Part shown: piece after piece, positions 9,199 to 16,490 of the stretch
Position numbering within the stretch: position 1 is the first letter of the stretch
Layout of the letters: each line of letters begins with the position of its first letter
DNA from: a virus
Taxonomy: Duplodnaviria > Caudoviricetes
Strand: one strand, 5' to 3'
IMG/VR virus record: IMGVR_UViG_3300020578_005808
Span: 20,698-84,697 of that record
Length of the DNA: 64,000 nt
Translations under genes and position numbers: made by a program
Notes under the pieces: model-generated
What the model was told of the DNA's origin: nothing
Seen by the model: the letters and a program-made list of their open reading frames with translations, nothing else
Database searches by the model: none

Positions 9199-11783
9199 AA
9201 GACTTTGATCTCAATTTTAATACGCTTGAGCTGCCTCTTTATGGAGTGAGATTGCCGGAATTCAACATAGAGAATCGCCTTAAGAATAAATATAATTTAC
9301 AAGATTCTGCCTCCAATTATGATTTTTTGATTCAAGTTTGCCGAGCTAATTTTAAAAAGCTTAATATTTCTAAAGAAGACTACTCTAAATATTCAGAAAG
9401 AGTAAAGTATGAATTGGAAACCATTAAAGAGCTTGGATTTCTTGACTATATTCTTTTGGTGTGGACTGTTATTAATTACTGCAACGAAAACTCTATTCCT
9501 GTCGGTCTTGGGCGTGGTTCTGCTGCTGGTAGCCTTATTTTGTATTTATTGGGAGTTACTAAGGTAGATCCAATTAAATACGAATTGTTCTTCGAGAGAT
9601 TTATATCTAAAATCCGTGCGAAAAAACAAATCGTTGATGGAATAACTTATCTTGATGGGTCTTTAATGTGCGATATTGACGTAGATATCTGCTACTATAA
9701 TCGACATAAAGTAATTAAATTTCTAGAACAACTATTTTCAGGCAGAACTTCTAAGATATTAACGCTAACCACATTAAGCAGCAAGCTCTTAATTAAAGAG
9801 TGCGGCAAAATAATAGAAGAAAAAGCTGAAACAGAAATGAACACTGTTAGCGGTTTAATTCCTAAAGTGTTCGGTCAGGTAAAAGATCTTAAAGAATCAT
9901 ACCAAGAAGTAAAAGAGCTTCAAGAATGGTGTGATTTAAACCCAAGGGTTTATAAAACAGCTTTAAAGCTAAGAAACTTAATTAAGAATAAGAGCGTTCA
10001 TGCATCTGGGATGATGCTTTCATACTATCCCATTGAACAAAGCTGTCCTACTGAACTTACTAGTGATAAGGAACAGGTCTCTAGTTATGATATGAATTGG
10101 GCTTCCATTTTTAATGTGAAGCTTGATTTGCTTGGTCTTAGAAGCGTTTCAATTGTTGATAGAGTTTGTTCTTTAGTTGGAATAAAAGTTAATGACATAG
10201 ATTTTAATGATTCTTTTATATACCAACAGCTTCAAGACCTTAAGACTCCTCACGGCATCTTCCAAATAGAAGCTGATACAAATTTTAAAGTTTGTAAAAA
10301 AGTTAAACCTAAGAATCTTGAAGAATTGAGCGGTGTATTAGCTTTGGCTCGCCCCGGAGCACTTGAGTTCGTAGATCAATATGCAAACTATACCAATAAC
10401 AATCATTATGAACCAATTCATCCGTTCTTTGATTCAGTCTTAAATTCTAGTGGTGGCGTAGCTCTTTATCAAGAGCAGTTGATGAAAATGTCTCATAAGA
10501 TTGGATTTACTCTTGATGAAGCAGAAGTATTGCGTAGAATCGTAGGCAAAAAGAAAGTAGAAGAAGTTAAAAAATGGCAAGAGAAAATTTCTGAAAAAAT
10601 AAAAGAAAATAACTTAGCCCCAGAGATAGGAGATATTTTATGGCGTATTCTTGAAAACTCAGCAAATTACTCGTTCAACAAATCCCATTCGATGAGCTAT
10701 GCTGCTCTTGCAGCTTGCACAATATATTTAAAGTTTAAATATCCAAAAGAATTCTTTTTAGCTCTTTTGGAAATGACTAAGCATGAACCAAATCCTCTAG
10801 AAGAAATATCTAAAATACAAAAAGAACTAAGGCATTTTGGAATTACTCTGCTAGGGCCTCACATTCTTAAATCTGAAACTGATTTTGCAATTCAAGGAAG
10901 TGATATAAGATTTGGTCTTTCTTCTATCAAAGGAATTTCAGAGAAAACGATGGAAAAGTTAAATCGTTTTAAGTCTGATCATTCAAATAAGTTCGAGGTA
11001 TTTGAAGCTGCGAAAGAAGTGGGGTTATCTATTGGAGTCGTTTCTGCTTTAATTCAGGCGGGAGCTTTGGATGGATTTTCTGCGTCGAGAAGCAGAGTTG
11101 TTTTAGAGGCTCAGTTATGGAATCTATTAACCGAAAAAGAAAAGGTTTTATGCAATCAATTCGGCCCAGATCACCAATATGATCTTGTTAAGTTGTTAAA
11201 ATTCTTATCTCAAGCGAAGAACGAAAACGGCAAACTCTTAATTAAAGAAAGTCGTTTTCAAACAATTAAAAAGAAATACGAACCTTATCTTCAAATTTAC
11301 CTTCAGAATAATAAATCTGAAAGTTTTGCTAATTGGTACTATGAAAATAAACTTCTAGGATATACCTACAACAAATCCTTAAAAGATATATTTTCTCCTA
11401 AAATAAATAAACTATCCACAACAGCGGAGATAAATAACTTGCCTAATAATGCTAATATTTTTTTAGTAGCAAAAGTATTAGAGGCTTCCCAATGGGTATC
11501 TAAAAATGAAAAGAAAACAAGAACATTTAAAATGCTAGTTAGTGATGAATTTGGCTCTGTTTCGGTATTAATGTTTAATGATAAAATCGATAATAATAAA
11601 TCAGCTAACAACGATACTCTACCAGATAAAGAAGATATTGTAATAATAAAAGGAAACAAAAAGGAAGATTGTATTTTTGCCGATACTATTGGTATTCAAA
11701 CACTTAAGATATATACAAAGCTATCCGAGTTGAAAGAAAAAATTCTTGACAATTCTGAAGAAAAAACCAATGATATAACATGA
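9195..11783 (+). CDS. dnaE: DNA polymerase III alpha catalytic core (palm/thumb/fingers, HhH, OB) lacking PHP
   Basis: GRGSAAGSL, CDIDVDI, VHASG, KLDLLGL, LARPG, YQEQLM, YSFNKSHS, IRFGLSSIKGI and a C-terminal OB fold. No intein. Confidence 0.95.
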   Translation: MKDFDLNFNTLELPLYGVRLPEFNIENRLKNKYNLQDSASNYDFLIQVCRANFKKLNISKEDYSKYSERVKYELETIKELGFLDYILLVWTVINYCNENSIPVGLGRGSAAGSLILYLLGVTKVDPIKYELFFERFISKIRAKKQIVDGITYLDGSLMCDIDVDICYYNRHKVIKFLEQLFSGRTSKILTLTTLSSKLLIKECGKIIEEKAETEMNTVSGLIPKVFGQVKDLKESYQEVKELQEWCDLNPRVYKTALKLRNLIKNKSVHASGMMLSYYPIEQSCPTELTSDKEQVSSYDMNWASIFNVKLDLLGLRSVSIVDRVCSLVGIKVNDIDFNDSFIYQQLQDLKTPHGIFQIEADTNFKVCKKVKPKNLEELSGVLALARPGALEFVDQYANYTNNNHYEPIHPFFDSVLNSSGGVALYQEQLMKMSHKIGFTLDEAEVLRRIVGKKKVEEVKKWQEKISEKIKENNLAPEIGDILWRILENSANYSFNKSHSMSYAALAACTIYLKFKYPKEFFLALLEMTKHEPNPLEEISKIQKELRHFGITLLGPHILKSETDFAIQGSDIRFGLSSIKGISEKTMEKLNRFKSDHSNKFEVFEAAKEVGLSIGVVSALIQAGALDGFSASRSRVVLEAQLWNLLTEKEKVLCNQFGPDHQYDLVKLLKFLSQAKNENGKLLIKESRFQTIKKKYEPYLQIYLQNNKSESFANWYYENKLLGYTYNKSLKDIFSPKINKLSTTAEINNLPNNANIFLVAKVLEASQWVSKNEKKTRTFKMLVSDEFGSVSVLMFNDKIDNNKSANNDTLPDKEDIVIIKGNKKEDCIFADTIGIQTLKIYTKLSELKEKILDNSEEKTNDIT
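11746..11774 (+). promoter_or_regulatory. Candidate sigma70-like promoter TTGACA-N17-AATGAT
   Basis: Perfect TTGACA at 11746-11751 inside the dnaE 3' end, 34 nt before the ATG at 11780. Confidence 0.6.
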
Positions 11784-12355
11784 TTCAATTCTATAAGCCG
11801 AATTCAAAAAATACTGGTAGCGGTTGTTCGTTTAATTTTTCAGCTAAAGATGAGTGTGTATTTGTTAACTTAATTAAACAGTCTAGTTGGGACGAGTCTA
11901 AGAAGCGAGGCTCTTTCGCTGGTAACTCTCAAAATCCCAAGATGTCGTGTTCAGTTAAGCTAAGCACAACTGAAGCTGGAGATATTATTTCCGCGATCAG
12001 AAGGAATTCTGAGTTTACTGGCTTTCACGATTCCCCTAAGCAAGTTACAAGAATTAAATTCTCTCCTTACAACAGGCCCAATAAGGATAACCCACAGCAG
12101 ACTGTTCAAGTAGGATTTTCTCTTTCTATTTCTAAGGAAAGTAAGGAAAATGCCCAAGATAAGACCTCGTTTTTAATGGGCTTCACTTTCGGCGAAGCTG
12201 TTAAACTCGAAGCTTATTTAAGCATGGTCTTAATTAAGACTTTTGAAAATGCGATTAAGAATCAAGAGTCTAAGGCTCCAGCTTCTTCTCAAAATGCGCC
12301 TAAAAAGGAAGACGCTCCTCCAAAGACCGAGTCTGCCGAAGACGATCTCTGGTGA
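11780..12355 (+). CDS. Putative ssDNA-binding protein (PC4/Whirly-like, acidic tail)
   Basis: Two beta-beta-beta-alpha-like halves ending SVKLSTTEAGDI and GFTFGEAVKL, a flexible linker and a terminal SAEDDLW. Lies directly after dnaE. Confidence 0.55.
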   Translation: MIQFYKPNSKNTGSGCSFNFSAKDECVFVNLIKQSSWDESKKRGSFAGNSQNPKMSCSVKLSTTEAGDIISAIRRNSEFTGFHDSPKQVTRIKFSPYNRPNKDNPQQTVQVGFSLSISKESKENAQDKTSFLMGFTFGEAVKLEAYLSMVLIKTFENAIKNQESKAPASSQNAPKKEDAPPKTESAEDDLW

Positions 12356-12373
12356 GTTAGATTTTTTTAAAAT

Positions 12374-12403
12374 AAAGCCTGCGAGAAATCGCGGGCTTTT
12401 TTT
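12374..12403 (+). terminator. Rho-independent terminator
   Basis: AAAGCCTGCGA-GAAA-TCGCGGGCTTT stem (one G-U pair, GNRA loop) running into a T tract. Confidence 0.88.
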
Positions 12404-12426
12404 GTGTATATAGATTCTATTTAATA

Positions 12427-12455
12427 TTGAAAATATCTCTATTTTAACAAATAAT
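12427..12455 (+). promoter_or_regulatory. Candidate promoter TTGAAA-N17-AATAAT
   Basis: Immediately after the terminator and upstream of the ATG at 12476. Confidence 0.4.
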
Positions 12456-12475
12456 AACACTACATAGGCAATCTA

Positions 12476-14347
12476 ATGTCAGAGCAAAGAAAGAAAAAAA
12501 TTGTATATCAAAGTGATTTTGCACTAAGCAAGACGGGTTTCGGCAGAAACACAAAAGCAATTTTGTCATATTTATTCAATACAGGTAAATATGAAATAAT
12601 TTCTATTGCTGGTGGATTATCTAAAGCGCACCCAGAATTAGAAAGAACTCCATGGAAAAGTATAGGAGTAGTTCCTTTATCAGGCCCAGAACTCGCTGAT
12701 TATAACAGCTCCGCTGAAAAAGCTCGATCTTATGCTTATGGAATTTTTGAAGCAGATAAGGTAATTAGAGAAGAAAAGCCTGATATTTTTATTGGAGTTC
12801 AAGATTTTTGGGGTGTTGATTTTGCAATTACTAAACCTTGGTTCAATAAAATAACCTCAGTAATTTGGACTACTTTAGATTCTTTACCAATTTTACCAAA
12901 TGCAGTAAAAGAAGCTCCAAAGATCAAAAATTATTGGGTATGGTCTAATTTCGCGGAAAAAGAATTACATAAACTTGGCCACACTCAAGTAAAAACAGTT
13001 CATGGCAGTATTGAAGTTGAACATTTTAAACCTTTAACCAAGGACGAAAGAGAGAAAATAAGAGAAAAAAATAACATTTCCGAAAGCGAATTTGTAATTG
13101 GATTTGTATTTCGCAATCAATTAAGAAAATCGGTTCCAAATTTACTTCAAGGATTTAAAATTTTTAAAGATCAAAATCCTCTTGTTTCTGCAAAACTTTT
13201 ACTTCATACAAATTGGCAAGAAGGCTGGAACATAGCCAAATTATGCGGAGAAGCAAATGTAAAATTAACAGATATTTTAACCACATACATTTGCAAGACT
13301 TGTAAAAGCTATGAAATAAAAAACTTTGAAGGTCCAGAAATAACTTGCCCATTTTGTAAAACAAAAAGTTCTTTTGTAACTACTGGAGTTACTAATGGAG
13401 TAAATGAAAAGCAACTAAATGAAATATATAATTGCATGGATGTTTACTGTCATCCGTTTACAAGCGGTGGGCAAGAAATACCAATTCAAGAAGCTAAGTT
13501 AGCCGGACTAATAACATTAGTTACTAATTATAGTTGTGGAGAAGAAATGTGCTGTGCAGAAGCTTGTTCTTTACCATTGTCTTGGAGCGAGTATAGAGAA
13601 TTCGGAACCGAATTCATCAAAGCTTCAACATGTCCTAAATCTATAGCTGAAAACTTGCAAAAAGTTTTCTCTATGCCAGAGCAAGAAAAACAAAAAATGG
13701 GCAAAAAAGCTCGCAAATGGGCAATAGAAAATTTCTCAGTAGAATCAATAGGAGCAAAAATTGAAGCCTTTATAGACTCGGCTCCTTTCGCAGAACATTC
13801 CGAGGAACCTCCTCCCAAACCCATTGTTGATCCTGACGTTGAAATTCCTGATATTCAAGATAAACTATTATGGGTTAAAACTTTATATGATAAAATTCTT
13901 GGTCGAAAAATGCCAGACGATGATGAGGGAGTAATTCATTGGATTCAAAAAATTGAATCCGGCATGTCAAAGCAAACAATTATATCCTATTTTAGATCTG
14001 TAGCCAAACAAGAAATTTCTAAATTTAAGCCCACTACATTCAAAGATATATTTGGAGAATCAGGAGCAGAAGATAGAATTTTAGTAATTATTAATTCAAG
14101 CAAAGACAACATATTTCTCGCAACGAAAATAATCAATAGTCTTAAACAAAAATATAACCAAAAGAAAATTTTTATTTATACAAATAAAGAAGGAGCAGAA
14201 ATATTTTTAGGTAACGATAATGTTTCTGATGTTTTAATTCAAGGCAAAGAATTTAAAAATCCAGATTTTATTAAAGAAAACTTTTATGAATGTTACTCTC
14301 TAGATGATTTTTCATTAAACAGCAACCATTTTTCGTTTTTAAAATGA
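12476..14347 (+). CDS. GT-B (GT4-like) glycosyltransferase with Zn-ribbon insert, DUF4214-like domain and GT9-like N-lobe at the C-terminus
   Basis: TGFGRN, EKPDIF, FVIGFVFRNQLRK, YNCMDVYCHP..SGGQEIPIQEA, CKTC-x14-CPFC, LYDKILGR...EGVIHW, RILVII...LKQKY. Confidence 0.8.
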   Translation: MSEQRKKKIVYQSDFALSKTGFGRNTKAILSYLFNTGKYEIISIAGGLSKAHPELERTPWKSIGVVPLSGPELADYNSSAEKARSYAYGIFEADKVIREEKPDIFIGVQDFWGVDFAITKPWFNKITSVIWTTLDSLPILPNAVKEAPKIKNYWVWSNFAEKELHKLGHTQVKTVHGSIEVEHFKPLTKDEREKIREKNNISESEFVIGFVFRNQLRKSVPNLLQGFKIFKDQNPLVSAKLLLHTNWQEGWNIAKLCGEANVKLTDILTTYICKTCKSYEIKNFEGPEITCPFCKTKSSFVTTGVTNGVNEKQLNEIYNCMDVYCHPFTSGGQEIPIQEAKLAGLITLVTNYSCGEEMCCAEACSLPLSWSEYREFGTEFIKASTCPKSIAENLQKVFSMPEQEKQKMGKKARKWAIENFSVESIGAKIEAFIDSAPFAEHSEEPPPKPIVDPDVEIPDIQDKLLWVKTLYDKILGRKMPDDDEGVIHWIQKIESGMSKQTIISYFRSVAKQEISKFKPTTFKDIFGESGAEDRILVIINSSKDNIFLATKIINSLKQKYNQKKIFIYTNKEGAEIFLGNDNVSDVLIQGKEFKNPDFIKENFYECYSLDDFSLNSNHFSFLK

Positions 14348-15504
14348 ATTTATTAAAATCTTTCGAAGCTACAAGTTTAGTCAAAGCAACTAGTGGATAT
14401 TTATATGAAAAATTCTACCCATTAGCTTTTCAAAAATATATTATAATAAACACTGATAATGAAGATCAGAATTCTAATTATTTATTTTGGAATCGAGTTG
14501 TTCAATTAATAACTCCCTATTTAGAAAAACAAGAAATAAATATAGTTGAATTCGCAGAAAGCAAAAAATTTAATTTTGATCATCTTATAATTGACAAGAC
14601 CGTTTCCTTAGCGGAAAAAACTTATTTAATAAAGAAGGCTAAATTTTTTTGCGGCAGCTCTAAATTTTATTCTTTAATCGCTTCAGAATACAATGTAGAC
14701 CAATGTGTGTTGAGATACGATTATGAAATAGATAATTTATTAGCCGAAAAAAATCAAATAATAGAATCTAGAGAAAAAAGGAAGGGATTTTTGAATCCAG
14801 TCGGGAACAATATTAACAATATACGACCAGAAGAAATTGCGGAGGTAATTATTAAAAGAGTATGCGGTGAAATAGAATTTAAATGTGATAAAACTCTATC
14901 TATCGGTAAAGTTTTTTCTATTCCAAGCATAGATTTAATTCCCGACTGCAACTTTAAAATATCTAATTCAAAAACCCCAAATGAAACAATTATTAGAATG
15001 GATTACTTCTTTTCTGAAGAAAATTTAGTAGCCCAACTAAACCATTATCCTTGTTCAATAGTAACGAACAAACCAATAAATAAAGATATATTAAACAGCG
15101 TTAAAAAAAGAATAAAAAAATTATACTTCAAAGTTGAGCAAAATTCAGATGCTTCTTTTCTCGATGACTTAGACTCACTTAATATAAACTACGATATAAT
15201 AACAAATTTAAAAGAAAAAGAACTTGAGAAAGAAAAAATTAAATATTTAGATTATAAAAAAATCAACAAGCTAAATTTAGTAGATCTAAGCTTCATTAAT
15301 GATATAGACAAAAGCAAAGTATACTTTAGAACAAATAAAATTTTAATTAAATCAGGCAATACATATGGTAGCAGATGGCATTTAAAAAATAATTTACCAA
15401 CTAAAGAAATAAGAAATGCAAACTTTTCCCTTCCTCCAGAAATAGATGATTCTTTTAGGGAGGAGGCTGATAATTTTTACTTCTTGACTTCTGAGGATCT
15501 GTAA
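14344..15504 (+). CDS. Hypothetical protein; N-terminal half resembles a degenerate GT9 C-lobe
   Basis: KYIIINT...YLFWNRVVQLI...LAEKTYLIKKAKFFCGSSKFYSLIA...NIRPEEIAEVI. Confidence 0.55.
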   Translation: MNLLKSFEATSLVKATSGYLYEKFYPLAFQKYIIINTDNEDQNSNYLFWNRVVQLITPYLEKQEINIVEFAESKKFNFDHLIIDKTVSLAEKTYLIKKAKFFCGSSKFYSLIASEYNVDQCVLRYDYEIDNLLAEKNQIIESREKRKGFLNPVGNNINNIRPEEIAEVIIKRVCGEIEFKCDKTLSIGKVFSIPSIDLIPDCNFKISNSKTPNETIIRMDYFFSEENLVAQLNHYPCSIVTNKPINKDILNSVKKRIKKLYFKVEQNSDASFLDDLDSLNINYDIITNLKEKELEKEKIKYLDYKKINKLNLVDLSFINDIDKSKVYFRTNKILIKSGNTYGSRWHLKNNLPTKEIRNANFSLPPEIDDSFREEADNFYFLTSEDL

Positions 15505-15511
15505 CCACAAT
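15484..15511 (+). promoter_or_regulatory. Candidate sigma70-like promoter TTGACT-N16-CACAAT
   Basis: TTGACT at 15484-15489 inside the upstream gene's 3' end, 34 nt before the ATG at 15518. Confidence 0.55.
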
Positions 15512-15517
15512 TAGCAG

Positions 15518-16225
15518 ATGAGTTCTACGCCTCCTAAAACTTTTTCAAGAAATGAGTATGGTTTACTAATCGATCCACCTATTCCTTATGTATTTAATGA
15601 AGATGGATCTGTAAATTGGCGAAAAATGATTCGTCCAGAATTTCTTGTGCCCAACAAGCAGAGAACGCAAGAAACAGATATTTCAAAACTAGAAGATAAA
15701 GATCTTCTTATTTTATTAGGTGGAATTAAGGAATTGGCTCAGATTAGAGGATTTACCCGAGTATGTTATGAAGTTCCTGAGGCTAGTTCAAATTATGTTA
15801 TCGCTACTTGTTATATCAAGTGGATTGCTAATTATGAAACAAATAATCAAGAAATATCATTTCAGTCTTTAGCTGACGCATCTCCAGATAATACTCAGAG
15901 CTTTGCTAGAAATTATTTGGCTGCTATAGCTGAAAATAGATCATTTGTTCGGTGCGTTCGAAACTTTCTTAAGATTAATATTGTAGGCCAAGATGAAATT
16001 GGAGCAAAAACTAATTTTGAAGAACTAACCCCCGAAAGCCCATTATCTCCAACAGCTGTTCTTTCTAACTTAATGAAAGAAAGAGGGATCTCTTTAGATG
16101 ACGTAAAAAAGAGACTTGTGAAAGATAAGTTTGAAAATGCTGATCAAATAACTACTTTAGCAGATATCCCAAAGCCTAAAATATTTGAACTTATAGACAG
16201 AATTAAGAAATCTGCAAGTAAGTAA
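15518..16225 (+). CDS. Putative single-strand annealing protein (Rad52/Sak-like fold)
   Basis: ILLGGIKELA...ATCYIKW...ADA...AIAENRSFVRCVRNFLKINIVGQDEI resembles the A-E-x-R-A-x-x-R-A-x-R...EE helix of Rad52-type annealases. Has a small C-terminal helical domain. Confidence 0.45.
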   Translation: MSSTPPKTFSRNEYGLLIDPPIPYVFNEDGSVNWRKMIRPEFLVPNKQRTQETDISKLEDKDLLILLGGIKELAQIRGFTRVCYEVPEASSNYVIATCYIKWIANYETNNQEISFQSLADASPDNTQSFARNYLAAIAENRSFVRCVRNFLKINIVGQDEIGAKTNFEELTPESPLSPTAVLSNLMKERGISLDDVKKRLVKDKFENADQITTLADIPKPKIFELIDRIKKSASK

Positions 16226-16489
16226 TTACCATTTCCCAGCGGGACAGCTTTCAAAATCTAATCGAACCTTTATTGAAACAAAGCACCCGCATAAATCACA
16301 TCTACCTATCCCTTTAGAAAAATTAGGGCACGTATTACAAATATTTAATCTCTGATCTGCATTAAGCGGGTCAGAGATTATTTTTTTTTCATGTTTTATA
16401 GTTGAAAAAGCTTTTTGGCTAGTAGAAGATATACTATTTTTCATCTTCAAACCTTCTTTAAAAAGGTTCTGGAAAAAATTCCCATTCAT
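16226..16489 (-). CDS. Small Cys-rich protein (DUF6171-like)
   Basis: RLNICNTCP...CDLCGCF...CPAGKW. Start is the ATG at 16489 (track gives TTG at 16498). Confidence 0.7.
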   Translation of the reverse strand: MNGNFFQNLFKEGLKMKNSISSTSQKAFSTIKHEKKIISDPLNADQRLNICNTCPNFSKGIGRCDLCGCFVSIKVRLDFESCPAGKW

Positions 16490-16490
16490 A

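Noticed and set aside
2914-11783. Inteins or introns in recA, dnaB or dnaE
   Set aside because: Lengths are normal, and no C/S...HN splice motifs or LAGLIDADG blocks were seen.
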